A DNA stretch of 63,662 nt, filler included, from Stramenopiles sp. TOSAG23-3 (GCA_900128585.1; 15 parts of 15 records of this genome joined end to end with filler, not necessarily neighbours in it), one strand, 5' to 3'; counted from the first letter of the whole stretch, positions 21,391 to 32,781 are shown. Notes: generated by a model not told the origin, from the sequence alone. A program made the numbers and translations.

Positions 21391-21946
21391 TTCGCTTCAC
21401 GTCCGCTTCGAACTCTTTGACGTTGTAAAACGCTCGCCCGTTCTTCTGCAACCGTGCTTTGTTGATCTTGTTCTCCTTCTTTATTTTCGCTTTGTTGTTC
21501 TGCCGAAGAATCGTGTACGGGTTGCGCTCCCATTGTGCTTGCATCCGTTTAGTGTCCTTTTCCATTTCCCTCACGTCATATACCGGCTGACAGCTCGCTA
21601 GGTTGCGAGACAGCACCTCGTTGTCTTGTTGGATCCTTCGTCCTTCCCTTTCTTGTACCACCTTGTTCACGCTGTTAAACTTGACACTGACCGTTCGCTT
21701 CTTCTTGTCCGCTGCCGCCATTTCCCTGACTCGACGTTTCAAAATCTTATTTTCCATCTTCATGTACGCCTTCATAGCCTCGTCCTTCATTTCTTTCCGC
21801 CTATCAACGCGACGACCCACTTTACCATTCTTTCCTTTTCGTAGCCCTCGCGGGAGATCGTTGTCGATTGCTTTCTTTGTACTATAAAGCCGTTTAAGCC
21901 GGACAGCCTCCTGCCTTGCAAACTCTTTCGGGTCTCTTCCGTCCAT
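21312..21946 (-). CDS. CFAP97/Hemingway(KIAA1430)-like repeat protein, 3' truncated at contig end
   Basis: AIDNDLP...MENKILKRR...RRIQQDNEVLSRNL....PVYD..EMEKD, an NPY motif, and paralogy to 23406-24617. Confidence 0.55.
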
Positions 21947-22140
21947 AGTACAAAGTATACGTTGTTAGTCAAACAAGCTGGAAGCACTTAACAAAAGTCT
22001 CAACAACAAAACACGCCTTCAAATGATAACGTGGAAACAATTCAAAAAAAATTACGCATCCAATATGTAGTGTAACAAGTTTGGATCCATTTCTTCATCG
22101 TTCGTACAGACAGTTTTTAAAACCCTTTTAAGCGAAGGTT

Positions 22141-22275
22141 TTGCTTCTTCTTCTTTTTTCTTCTTCTTTCTTCTTCTTCTTCTTCTTCTCTTTCTTTTTC
22201 TTCTTTCTTCTTTTTCTTTTTCTTCTTTTTCTTTTTCTTCGTCTTCCTCTTGTTCTTCTTCTTCTTTCTTCTTTG
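22141..22275. repeat. CTT/T-rich microsatellite
   Basis: Direct reading. Confidence 0.9.
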
Positions 22276-22779
22276 CTGATTAAAGCATAAAGCAACAACA
22301 AGGACACAAAGTGCGCCAGCAATGTAAAAACGAGACTCAATATTCAATGCAAGGATGGAAAAGTCGTTTAAAACTAAGGATAAACTAATACCAATTTTAA
22401 TTTTTATGTCGCTCCAATTATATTGTATATAAAGTTAATTATTTTTAATTATAACTTACATTAAAAAACTATATACCTTAATTGATAATTCGATCAAAGG
22501 AGTAGTAAAACAGTTTTTATTGCATTATATGTACTTGTGTTTTAATTTAGAATATAAATATTATATCTATTTATCTTCTACAATATTTTGCCCATTCCAT
22601 TCTCATTCTATTCTCATTCTATTCTGACATTTTCTCTTTATTATTATTTGGTCAATTTAGTATGGAATTCTAAAATTCTAAAATTCTAATAAAAAGGGTC
22701 AATAATTGGTCAAGTAACGGAAGAATAATATAAATACAAGACAACAGAGGGAACGAACCCATTCTTAACCAAAGGAAAG

Positions 22780-23075
22780 ACCAGAGAAAGCAGAGAGAAA
22801 GAAAGGAGAGAAAGAAAGGAAAGAAAGAAAGGAGAGAAAGAAAGGAGAGAAAGAAAGGAGAGAAAGAAAGAAAGCAGAGAGAAGAAAGAAAGAAAGAAAG
22901 AAAGAAAGCAGAGAAAGAAAGGAGAGAAAGGAGTGAAAGAAAGAAAGAAAGAATGAAAGCGAGAAGAAAGAAAGAAAGCAGAGAAAGAAAGGAGAGAAAG
23001 GAGTGAAAGAAAGAAAGAAAGAATGAAAGCGAGAAGAAAGAAGAAAGAAAGCAGAGAAAGAAAGAAAGTGTAGAG
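22780..23075. repeat. GA-rich polypurine minisatellite
   Basis: Near-pure A/G tract with recurring GAGAAAGAAAG units. Confidence 0.9.
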
Positions 23076-23405
23076 AAAGTGGGATACGAAAAGGAGACTC
23101 CTTAATGCTCTTAACAATCCAGTTATCTTTCCTTTATCCCTCAGTTCGTGAAGTAAGGAAAACAATACAACAACATTATTAATACAAATAAATATTAAAT
23201 ACAATTCATTTCTTCTTCTTCTTCTTCTTTTTCTTTCTTCGCAAAACATATTCTTTCTTTCTTTCTTTCTTCTTCTTCAACGAACAAAGTTTTTATGTAT
23301 CAAATGCATCCATCAATTGCAGCTCGATTAAACTGATCTTAGAACTGTACCGGGTTGGAGCTTCCAAGTTTAGGGAAGAGTTTGGGTTTGCGTCGGCTGC
23401 CAACA

Positions 23406-24617
23406 ATGTCGTTTGGGAAGGGGGTAGAGCTTAACCCTATTATTGGGGAACGAATTCGGCGTCGAAAGAAAAAAGAATACCATCATCGCTTGAAACATAT
23501 TTCGCATGCCATCGATGCGTCGTTGCCGCGTGGCTATTCAAACGTTAAGGGAACTGGAGTGAAGCGACGGGTCGATCTCAAAAAGAGATTAACGGAGAAA
23601 GTGGAAGCTCGGTACCGCAAGCGGGAGAACGACATATTAGAGGAACGGATGGGGGCAATGAGCAAGAGTCTTGTCGACCACCGCTTGGAGGAGAAATACA
23701 GGCACTTTTCAACGATCAATGGCCCGGCAAGAAAAAAATTTCAGAAATGGCTCAAAACAGATAACTACCATTTCAAGCGCCGGTTGAAAGAAACCCCGGC
23801 GACATACCAACGAAAAATATGGCGGGAGTGGAGAAATAAAACCAAAGGTGCAATCCTGGCGAACCCCTACACTGCCCGGCGAGTCAACCGGCAGGCGGAA
23901 ATAGATGCCGACAACAGCGTCAATTCGAAACGGGTCGAGTCCACGCCCGCAAACTACCACCTCGACAAATACAATGAGCAATACCTGGTGCAAAAGGAGC
24001 TCAGGGAAGTAAACCCTTACACGGTAAAGCGGAAGAAAGTGTACAAAGAAATAGCATTTGATAACAAAGTCTGCCAGGTCAGGCTTGCCAAAACAACGGC
24101 TGGGTTGACCCCGAGAAAATGGGGAAAAGATAGGAAATGTTTGCGGCACACGGAGAAAACAAACCCGTACACACTGAAACGAAAGAACGACGCAAAGCTC
24201 CTAGACGTAGACAATCATCACTTTTACAGACGAATCAACGACCAAGGCCCGTATTATGTCGTAGGAGATTGGCTGAAGCAGCGAGAGGAAATGGAAAAGA
24301 AAATTATATACATGTGCACGTTGACCAGTGGAAGGAAGGGCTGGACCGTCGCGCCCCTGGTTCCCAGGAACAACGAAAGGTCGTCGCCGCGCGCATCGGA
24401 TGCAGAAATTGCAAACATTGTCATGAGCGCGACAACTTCCCCATCGCGGGACATGCACAAGGCGCTCACGGAAGAGCTCGCAAGCCCTTCACCAAGTTCA
24501 GAGTTTATTCCGCACCCCCCGGCGTCCCCTTCAAGTTTCCGAAACAGAACGCAGGACGTGCCCATGCGCTCACCAAGGACGGGGAAAATACTCCTCCAAG
24601 GAAGTGCATGCTGTTGA
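23406..24617 (+). CDS. CFAP97/Hemingway-like protein with ~50-aa internal repeats
   Basis: HHRLKHISHAIDASLP, RENDILEERM, and repeated NPYT..R.....I..DN.....R units. First ATG at 23406. Confidence 0.6.
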   Translation: MSFGKGVELNPIIGERIRRRKKKEYHHRLKHISHAIDASLPRGYSNVKGTGVKRRVDLKKRLTEKVEARYRKRENDILEERMGAMSKSLVDHRLEEKYRHFSTINGPARKKFQKWLKTDNYHFKRRLKETPATYQRKIWREWRNKTKGAILANPYTARRVNRQAEIDADNSVNSKRVESTPANYHLDKYNEQYLVQKELREVNPYTVKRKKVYKEIAFDNKVCQVRLAKTTAGLTPRKWGKDRKCLRHTEKTNPYTLKRKNDAKLLDVDNHHFYRRINDQGPYYVVGDWLKQREEMEKKIIYMCTLTSGRKGWTVAPLVPRNNERSSPRASDAEIANIVMSATTSPSRDMHKALTEELASPSPSSEFIPHPPASPSSFRNRTQDVPMRSPRTGKILLQGSACC

Positions 24618-24961
24618 TAATTAAAAATTCGAAGACCGGCAAGGCACTGTAATTTTATTATTACAACAGTGCTAACAAAAGACCTTCTGCTTTTAATTCT
24701 AGAGAAGTATTCGTACCAACGTAATGCGAGTATTTTTTGAGTTACTTTTTTAGCCAATTAATGCCGCTGTGTACTTTTAAGACCCAATCAAAATTGGAAT
24801 CTTGACCAGAACTTGGGGAGGATCTGCAATATGATTAGGAGGAGAATATTGTTGTTCTTGAACCGTCACCTTCTTTTTGCAACTGCTTAAATATATATTT
24901 TAATTTACTAAATAAACAGCCAGTTTTCTTGTTTTTAATTGAATCTAACTTAAACTGGGTC

Positions 24962-25390
24962 TCAAAACTTATTCGGGACCGATATCACGTGTTCATGGGT
25001 ATGAAGGGTGATGTAACCCCCAGGCGTCGGGATCTTGGTCGGACCGCGTTTGTACGATTTTGTGACGGCCTGCGCAACGTTTTTATGTTTCCGCTTGTGG
25101 CTTATCCCCGTCTTTTCCGAATGTTCCTTGATAACGACTTGGACGTTTTTTAACCGTTGTAAATACTGCACGATGCCGTTAAAATCGGGACGGGCGAAGG
25201 CGTCCATTGCCCAACAGTGCACCATCAGCGTTTGCAGGTCGTGAGGGCACGTTTCGGGAATCTCAGGGCGCATGTTATGCTCCGACACTGCGTGGGTAAT
25301 TGCCTCGTACCTATCTTTTACTTTTCGCAGCTCTTTGACGTCGCTGTAGGGCACTTTCCTAGTCAACAGTTCCCAAAGCATAATTGAAAA
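24962..25390 (-). CDS. C-terminal fragment of a TKL-family protein kinase, 5' end replaced by an inverted copy of 21312-21390
   Basis: FSIMLWELLTRKVPY, RPEIPETCP, CWAMDAFARPDF (kinase subdomains IX-XI). Confidence 0.8.
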   Translation of the reverse strand, partial: FSIMLWELLTRKVPYSDVKELRKVKDRYEAITHAVSEHNMRPEIPETCPHDLQTLMVHCWAMDAFARPDFNGIVQYLQRLKNVQVVIKEHSEKTGISHKRKHKNVAQAVTKSYKRGPTKIPTPGGYITLHTHEHVISVPNKF

Positions 25391-25573
25391 ACAAAATCCT
25401 GAAAGGGGAGCCAACGTGGAAACGTCGCCAGCGCACGATCGCACTTGAAAACAAACACAACAANNNNNNNNNNNNNNNNNNNNNNNNNNNNNNNNNNNNN
25501 NNNNNNNTTAATTAATTAANNNNNNNNNNNNNNNNNNNNNNNNNNNNNNNNNNNNNNNNNNNNCCCCCCCCCG

Positions 25574-28039
25574 ATGTCGTTTCTTAACTTTGGTTCAAAG
25601 TCCAACAAAGGGGACGACGACGACGAGTACTCGTTCGGGAACGACACGTTCGACCCCAGTTCCCAACATGCGAACCTGGCGCATCTCCAGGTCTCCGGCG
25701 CCCAGAAGGTGGCCAACCCCTACGTTCCGCCCCAGACGGGCCGCGTCGGGGGATTCACCGGGCGGCAGAACACGGGGAGGCTCATGACGGCGCAGGGCAC
25801 CGAGGGCGACGCCCGCCCCATGACGTCGGTCAAAGGGGCAGGGTTCATGTCCACGAAGCCGAAGAAGTCCTTCGACCCCCTGGGGCAGAATCGCGGCCCC
25901 GCCAAACCCCTGGAGGAGAAGAGCGACAGCAGCCCGGAAGAGCAGGCGAAGGGCATGGAGCGCAAGGTCCACAAGCTCGTCGAAGCGAGCGCGCTGGCGA
26001 ACTACAACGGGGACCCCGTCCAGGCCCTCGAACGGGCCAAGGAGGCCGGGAAGAAGGAGCGCGCCCTGTGCAAGTTCCGCGAGCAGAACGGCCTGAGCGA
26101 GCAGATCAACCTGGACCTGACCTACAGCGTCTGCTTCAATTTGGCCAACATGTACCACACCAACAAGATGTACGGGGAGGCGCTGAAGACGTACGCGACG
26201 ATAGTGAAGAACAAGCAGTTCCCGCAGGGGGGGCGCCTTCGGGTCAACATGGGGAACATCTACTACGAGCAGAAGAAGTACATGAACGCCATCAAGATGT
26301 ACCGGATGGCCATGGACCAGGTGCTGAACCCGTCGAAGGAGATCCGCTTCAAGATTAGACGGAACATTGGGAACGCGTTTTTGAAGCTGGAAAAGTTCGC
26401 CGACGCCATCGACAACTTCGAGGCCGTCCTGGAGCACGCCAAGCCGGAGCTGACCGGGTTCCCCGACTTCATCACCCCCTTCAACCTTTTGGTCTGCTAC
26501 TACGCGATCGGGGACGCGAACAAGATGAAGCGCGCCTTTTCCCGCTTGCTCATGGTCCCCAAGCCGGGCACAACGGAGGAGGAAGAGGAGGAGGAGAAGG
26601 CCGCAGAGGAGGAGACGCACGAGCACAAGGAACGGGACCCGCTGCGGGTGGAAGTCGTCTCGAGGGAGAAGGAGGCGACCCGCATGATTTTGACTGGGGC
26701 CAAGCTGATTGCCCCATACATCGACCAGCGGGAGTGGGTGGCCGGGTACGAGTGGGTCATCGAAAGCCTGAAGCAGGACTACGCCGTCATCGCGAGCGAG
26801 ATGGAAATCAAGAAGGCGGTCACGTACCTTCGCAAGAAGCAGTTCGACAAGGCCATCGAAGTCTTCAAGTCGTTCGAGAAGAAGGACCACGCCTTGAAGG
26901 CGAAGGCGGCGACGAACTTGTCGTTCCTTTACTTTCTGGAGCAAAAGATCAACCTGGCCGACAAGTACGCCAACCTCGCGGTGCGCCACGACCGGTACAA
27001 CGCAAAGGCGTTGGTGAACAAGGGAAACTGCCTCTTTGCGTCCGGCGAGTTCGAGAAAGCGAAGGAGCTGTACTTGGAGAGCATCGGCGTGGAGGCAGAC
27101 TGCGTGGAGGCCATCTATAATTTGGGGCTGGTGAACAAGAAGATGGGCATCCTGCACGAGTCGCTGCAGGCGTTCGAGAAGCTGCACACGATTGTGCCGG
27201 ACAGCCCCGAAGTCATTTACCAAATAGCCAACCTGCACGATTTGAACAACAACATCCCGCAAGCGATCAAATGGTTCAACATATTGCTTAGTAGTGTCCC
27301 ATCCGATCCGGGCGCCCAATCGCGCCTTGGGCAAATTTTTACTAAAGACGACGACGAGTCGCAGGCCTTCCACCACCACAACGAGTCGTACCGGTATTAC
27401 CCGGTCAACCTGGACGTCATCTCCTGGCTCGGGGTGTGGTTTGTCAAGAGCGAAATGTATGAAAAGGCGATCCACTTCTTCGAGCAGGCGGCAGAGATAC
27501 AGCCGAAGGAAGTCAAGTGGAGGCTCATGGTAACCAGCTGCTACCGTCGCATGGGGCAGTACCAGCGTGCGCTGGAGTTGTACGAAGAAATTCACAAGGA
27601 CTACCCGGAGAACTTGGAGTGCCTGCGGTACTTGGTTGCGATCTGCAAAGACTTGGGCCAGAAGTACGACCACCACCAGGCAAACTTGGCCAAGCTGGAA
27701 CGTGCCGCGGCCGCAAAGACAGGCGGAGGGCTGGCGGGCGGCATTTTGACCCAAGCTGGGGGCGCCGGCGGCGGCGGCGGGGGTAACTACGGTAGACAGC
27801 CAAGCAGGGCAAACCCTGGGCCGGACCACGGGGCCGGCGGCGGCATGCGCAGGGTGGTGCAGCCGCCTCCCGCCATCCAAGAAGAGGCTGAGAACTCGCC
27901 GTCCCAGGCCAGAGGAAACTACGGGGCCCCAGAAGCCGGGTCGCAGCACGGCGATTTGCAGAGCCAGCGTAGGAAGAACATGATGGACGAGGACGATGAA
28001 TTCGATGATGCTGACATCGACGATCTATTGACGGAATAA
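25574..28039 (+). CDS. IFT88: Intraflagellar transport protein 88
   Basis: ARPMTSVKGAGF, INLDLTYSVCFNLA, GRLRVNMGNIYY, AATNLSFLYFLE, DRYNAKALVNKGN, TPR repeats, and an acidic C-terminus. Confidence 0.97.
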   Translation: MSFLNFGSKSNKGDDDDEYSFGNDTFDPSSQHANLAHLQVSGAQKVANPYVPPQTGRVGGFTGRQNTGRLMTAQGTEGDARPMTSVKGAGFMSTKPKKSFDPLGQNRGPAKPLEEKSDSSPEEQAKGMERKVHKLVEASALANYNGDPVQALERAKEAGKKERALCKFREQNGLSEQINLDLTYSVCFNLANMYHTNKMYGEALKTYATIVKNKQFPQGGRLRVNMGNIYYEQKKYMNAIKMYRMAMDQVLNPSKEIRFKIRRNIGNAFLKLEKFADAIDNFEAVLEHAKPELTGFPDFITPFNLLVCYYAIGDANKMKRAFSRLLMVPKPGTTEEEEEEEKAAEEETHEHKERDPLRVEVVSREKEATRMILTGAKLIAPYIDQREWVAGYEWVIESLKQDYAVIASEMEIKKAVTYLRKKQFDKAIEVFKSFEKKDHALKAKAATNLSFLYFLEQKINLADKYANLAVRHDRYNAKALVNKGNCLFASGEFEKAKELYLESIGVEADCVEAIYNLGLVNKKMGILHESLQAFEKLHTIVPDSPEVIYQIANLHDLNNNIPQAIKWFNILLSSVPSDPGAQSRLGQIFTKDDDESQAFHHHNESYRYYPVNLDVISWLGVWFVKSEMYEKAIHFFEQAAEIQPKEVKWRLMVTSCYRRMGQYQRALELYEEIHKDYPENLECLRYLVAICKDLGQKYDHHQANLAKLERAAAAKTGGGLAGGILTQAGGAGGGGGGNYGRQPSRANPGPDHGAGGGMRRVVQPPPAIQEEAENSPSQARGNYGAPEAGSQHGDLQSQRRKNMMDEDDEFDDADIDDLLTE

Positions 28040-28521
28040 ATTGTGCCTTTTTTTAGATAACCCGGCGTTTTGCCAGCGCGCGAGGTGACAATTTTAAAAA
28101 TTGTGGACGAGAAAGGGAGTACTTTTACCAAATTAATATTTTTTTAAATATAATAAAGAAGAAGCAAGCAGCGGCGCTACTATTTTTTGCTGCTGGGGAC
28201 TGTTACTTCTGCAGCAGTAACGTACATTCGTATGTCCGGTAGTGTAGTAAAAACAAGAAAAATTGGCTGTAGTAGTAAATAAATGTTTAGAGAAATTCAG
28301 GTAAAACCGAAGGAAATAGAAAAACGCTTCTCTCATTTTTCCGTTCTACTGGAAGAGACTCTAGGAGAAAGGTTTCCGTCCGTTGAGAAGTTGAGAAAAT
28401 TAAAATATTTGTTGCGTGCGGAAGACAAAAAATATACAAATAGTGAGGAAGACGAATAAATTAGGAACTTCTCATATTAAAAGTTACACCTTAAAAGACA
28501 TACTGCTTCTTCTTTCCTGGT

Positions 28522-29418
28522 TTACAGACCCGCTCGTTGGTAGCCTGGGTGCCCTGGGAGCGCTGGTCGCGAGTTGCTGGACCCACCGAAGCCCAGTCGC
28601 CCGTCGCGCTTTCGCTGGGTCGGCCTCTTGTTTTCAATTATCTTCTTTGCTGTTGCCATTCTACTGGGCTTCGGCAAGGAAAGAATTTGCCCTCGAAACC
28701 CAGCGTACGGGTCCCCATCAAGGGCATCCTGTACAATATTGCGATTTGCGGGGCAGCGGCGAAGCTTCCCAGATTTTCCCGGCGCAACGTATGTCACGGT
28801 TTCAAACCATGCAATACGCTCGGCTGTTAATTCTTTCAGTGCGTCTTTCCACCCCCCCTTCTGATTCTTCTTGTTTCTACTATTTTGATGCTGGCGGTGC
28901 AGGCGCGGGCGTAGGCTTCCCGCGCTTACACGACTTCTAGACCTATTGGACGCTTTCTTCCCCGTGGTGGGGACTCCGAAAGGAATGTTTTTCTTTGCCC
29001 TCTGCTGGGCAATGGCTATGTCAGCTTGGTTAAGGGCAGAGTATACCTTCTTCTTCACCTTGCTCATTTCGTGCACGGACAGCTGTTTGCTGGAGTGCCG
29101 GGCAACCGACGACGTGCGGCTCGCACCGCCCGTTCGCCTATTACTGACACTGCTTCCACCGGGACCTGCCATAGATTTCTTCAACTCGTTAACGTATTCT
29201 GCCAAGGCCTCCATATCAATCTCCTCATCGCCATTGTCCCCTTTCTTGTTCTGACGCTGCCGACCGTTGCTTCTACTCCGCCTTCGACGGTTCTCTTTCG
29301 CCGTGCCCTTCGTGGCCCCATATGCCGCACCGATAGCGTCCTGCGACCTGCTTCGCTTCATCTTTGCCGTGTTCGGGCCGTTGCTACCATATTTTGCTCC
29401 CAGAACCGATTTTGCCAT
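28522..29418 (-). CDS. Hypothetical basic protein
   Basis: 298-aa R/K/S-rich ORF in a GC-rich island. Confidence 0.7.
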   Translation of the reverse strand: MAKSVLGAKYGSNGPNTAKMKRSRSQDAIGAAYGATKGTAKENRRRRSRSNGRQRQNKKGDNGDEEIDMEALAEYVNELKKSMAGPGGSSVSNRRTGGASRTSSVARHSSKQLSVHEMSKVKKKVYSALNQADIAIAQQRAKKNIPFGVPTTGKKASNRSRSRVSAGSLRPRLHRQHQNSRNKKNQKGGWKDALKELTAERIAWFETVTYVAPGKSGKLRRCPANRNIVQDALDGDPYAGFRGQILSLPKPSRMATAKKIIENKRPTQRKRDGRLGFGGSSNSRPALPGHPGYQRAGL

Positions 29419-29875
29419 CGTGTCAGTTGCAGCGGCGTCTGTTTTATGTCTACTTCAATGATACCGCACTCGACCTTACTGCCTATTTGGGAAAAATTAA
29501 CTTGTATTTATTCATCGTTTTTTTAACAAAATAGTTTCGTGTAGGTACTGACTGACTGCCGTTTCGGCGGTCAGTCCAAAGTGGGCCATGGATGATCCCT
29601 TCATCATCATCTGTAACATTACCACAGCACTGTTTACCCTACCGTACAACCCATCATCATGCTGATATGAAAAAATGCGCGAGCAGCTGGCCCTTGTATA
29701 GGAATAGCTCTCCTNNNNNNNNNNNNNNNNNNNNNNNNNNNNNNNNNNNNNNNNNNNNTTAATTAATTAANNNNNNNNNNNNNNNNNNNNNNNNNNNNNN
29801 NNNNNNNNNNNNNNTTATTGGAGGATGGATTGATTGATGAATGAAATATAATAGAAGAAAAAACCAACCCCACCC

Positions 29876-29985
29876 ACCAGTTTCTCTTAAACTTGAAGCA
29901 GTTCAATGGTTGATGAAGATAATAATAGAAGAACCAACCCTACTAGTTTCTCTTAAACTTGAAGCAGTTCAATTTCAATGGTTGA
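29876..29985. repeat. Two-copy direct repeat, ~66-bp period
   Basis: AGTTTCTCTTAAACTTGAAGCAGTTCAAT occurs twice. Confidence 0.85.
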
Positions 29986-30161
29986 TAATACAAATCACGT
30001 TCTTCATACAGTATTTGAATTAAAAAAGATAGAAACGATCGAACGGGAAGGCTAAAATCAATGCACGGCGCGAGTTAACATTTAAGAAGCACTGTAAGAT
30101 TTACCTGGCATTTATATACAGTTTTTTGGCACAGTATCGTACGGCTTGGCGTTGTGGAACC

Positions 30162-31274
30162 ATGTCGTCGGTAGGTTCACTGAATAGTCTTCCAAACTTG
30201 CCCCGGGAGATCAGTTTGGAACTTGGGCCGATGAAAGAAAGAGTTTTGCAGATGGCAGAGCCCAAGCCGTTGTGGAAAACGGGTCAAGATGGAATACTGT
30301 ATGCATCAAATAGACTCAACAACATGCCATCATACGTTCCCCGTTTCTCGAAAATGAGTAACCAGGCGTCCCAGAAACCGTTTGTCCTTCCCACGGAGTC
30401 AGAAATAATAGCAAACCTTAGCCCAAGGCAGCTGAACCTGCGACGGCTCGCGCGACCACCGACATACCGCACTCGGAAAAAATGCATTACAGCGCAGCAT
30501 AGAATAACAGCCGTTTCAGATTCCCCACGACTGTGTTACTCAACGAGAAAGAAGGGAAAATCTGTAGCGCTGTCAGAGAAGTCGAAGGCGTTAGACGCCT
30601 CCATAGGCGATATGAAAAAAATAGAAAACGAATGCATGGGGTACGCTATGATGGCCAAAGCAAAGCAGATAGTAAAATTTCGAGCGCAGCGGCGCATATC
30701 GCTGGAGACGGCGGCTGCGAGAGCGGAACCGTTTGCTATTAAAAGGTTGAATTCGTACCGCCCAGAGCCTCCCTCTAGCGATCGACTGGGTCGCTCCAAT
30801 GCGTTATTAAAAGTAGCTAAACCAAAGAGAAAAAAACCATTTCGATCTTTGCGCATCCCGGTAAATCAGCGGCAACGAAATAAGGGCCACGAGGGGATAG
30901 AAGACGATACCGTCTGGAGTGCATCGTCCGAGTGGGTGAAGTATGAGTCCACAGGGAATGAAACGGAGGGCGCGTATGTCGCCAACGAATGCGAATGGTT
31001 TGATGACTACGTCGCGTCTACGAAGGGATTGTACTCCCCGAGAACAACGGAAGCCTTCGAACAAGAAGACAAATACGCTAAAGGACTTTTGGCAGAGGCA
31101 ACAGATCCAAGCATCAAACGCATCTTCAAGGCTTACAAACCAAAATTCATCGATGCTCCATATCGGCCAACATTCCTGATTAAGAAAGCAAGCGAAGTGT
31201 ACGCAAAGCGACTAGTCGCGGGGAGGGTCGATAGCAAACCAGTGGAAGTCACTTGGAAAATTCTCGACAATTGA
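30162..31274 (+). CDS. Hypothetical protein
   Basis: ~370-aa ORF, first ATG at 30162, no recognised domain. Confidence 0.7.
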   Translation: MSSVGSLNSLPNLPREISLELGPMKERVLQMAEPKPLWKTGQDGILYASNRLNNMPSYVPRFSKMSNQASQKPFVLPTESEIIANLSPRQLNLRRLARPPTYRTRKKCITAQHRITAVSDSPRLCYSTRKKGKSVALSEKSKALDASIGDMKKIENECMGYAMMAKAKQIVKFRAQRRISLETAAARAEPFAIKRLNSYRPEPPSSDRLGRSNALLKVAKPKRKKPFRSLRIPVNQRQRNKGHEGIEDDTVWSASSEWVKYESTGNETEGAYVANECEWFDDYVASTKGLYSPRTTEAFEQEDKYAKGLLAEATDPSIKRIFKAYKPKFIDAPYRPTFLIKKASEVYAKRLVAGRVDSKPVEVTWKILDN

Positions 31275-31713
31275 AGTAATTTACTAAGGAATACTTGTAC
31301 ACATTGCTTTTTTACACAAAAACGTTATTTTATTTGCTATTGTATTCAATACTATACTTACCGTCGTATAATTTTAATTTTGTTAATATATCCTATAATA
31401 ATTTATAGTAATAAATTGAAACATAAGTATAATAAAGTATCGTTTCAAAATCCGTTATTCCCCTACTAGCTACTATTACTATACTACTATTTATAAGTGC
31501 CAATTATTTGGAGGGCAGTGCAAGAAAGAAAGAAAGAAGAGAAAAAGAATTCAAAAAAGGCCAGGGACAATCTCAGCATGAAAGGTAATAATGCAAAGGT
31601 GAGAAATGTATGAGAGAAACTACACGGTTGAAGGACGAGGTATCAAGGCGATAATAACAAAGAGAGCCTTGTAAGTTTTATAAAGTTTTCCAGGTTTTTG
31701 GGTAATTTCGGAA

Positions 31714-32508
31714 ATGATGTGGTCTGACAACGGTGGGAACCAAAGTGCGGACGTGGCAGTGCAACTAAAGGAAATGCGGGTGAAGTATACGAAAGCAATG
31801 TCTCGGTGTCGAAAGGCTGAATTGGAACTGAAGAATCAGACGCAAGAGCTTGCCATGCTGCGAAGGGAAAACGACACGCTCCGAGTGACTCCGTTGCTAT
31901 CGAAAGGTTCGGGAAGCAGCCAGCAGGGAAACAGAGGGTCACAGTCAAATAGGACGGGAGGTGCAGGAGGCAGTAGGGTTAAGTATTTAGAAAGGGCTTT
32001 GAAAGAACGAGAAGACGAGATTAGAAACCTGAAACGATGCAGTAGCTTTATTAGCGCAAGAGAAGCGAAGGCGAGCAGCAAAGAGTATTTAGCGGAAATT
32101 CAACGACTAAGGAGTGCATTGTATGGAGCCGGGCAGTCCAGTAGTTCCCCGAGCGTACCTGGTGGCGCCCTCTTCCGACTGTTGGAGACTGGATCGGGCC
32201 GGGATGGCGGGGCCAAACCTTCCCGGAAGAAAGCCATTTTGAAAGAAAATAAGCGATTGAGACGTTCCCTAGAATTTGAGAAAGACCGGTATCGGCGGTA
32301 CCTTGTGTCTGAAATATCTGCAGATAAAATGTTGGATGCAGAGATGGAACCATTTCGCCACGGCTACAGTATGGGGGATGTGATAGAAGCGCAACAAGTC
32401 GAAATAAATCGACTTCGCCAACAATGCACGACGTTGAAGGAGAACAACGAGGTGCTTCAGGGCTCATTGGGAAAGGCGCTTGCGTTTCAACGGGTAGAGG
32501 GAATGTAA
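31714..32508 (+). CDS. Coiled-coil protein, weak resemblance to the IQCE N-terminal coiled coil
   Basis: KYLERALKEREDEIRNLK...EYLAEIQRLRSAL pattern. The family call is tentative. Confidence 0.55.
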   Translation: MMWSDNGGNQSADVAVQLKEMRVKYTKAMSRCRKAELELKNQTQELAMLRRENDTLRVTPLLSKGSGSSQQGNRGSQSNRTGGAGGSRVKYLERALKEREDEIRNLKRCSSFISAREAKASSKEYLAEIQRLRSALYGAGQSSSSPSVPGGALFRLLETGSGRDGGAKPSRKKAILKENKRLRRSLEFEKDRYRRYLVSEISADKMLDAEMEPFRHGYSMGDVIEAQQVEINRLRQQCTTLKENNEVLQGSLGKALAFQRVEGM

Positions 32509-32781
32509 CCACTTTAGGCTTGCGTTTAACTTGTCGATTCCTTTACCCATGAAAGTTAGTATTTACTGAGCATATATAAAAACAAAATATTATAGTATGT
32601 TATATAATTTGTTTTTTTTACAGAGAGAGCATATTTTTTATAATGTACGCGACTAAAATACGAGAATACGAATTTAATATATATTTTCTTGATATGAAGA
32701 TTCTTTGAAATCATTAACTCCAGGCGAGACTCTCCAACCTCTTTCTGCACATCCTATGTTTCGATCGCAACACGCCCTTGC

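Noticed and set aside
22117-23249. Poly-K/E and poly-F/L/S ORFs, also at 61722-62125
   Set aside because: They are translations of microsatellites.
25385-25444. Intron acceptor or N-terminal extension of the kinase
   Set aside because: The sequence is an exact inverted copy of 21312-21390, so it is not native kinase sequence.
25595-27949. 784-aa antisense ORF, and similar shadow ORFs over TMF1, the PAS gene, ATG6 and the channel
   Set aside because: Expected by-product of GC3-rich codon usage on the real strand; no recognisable motifs.
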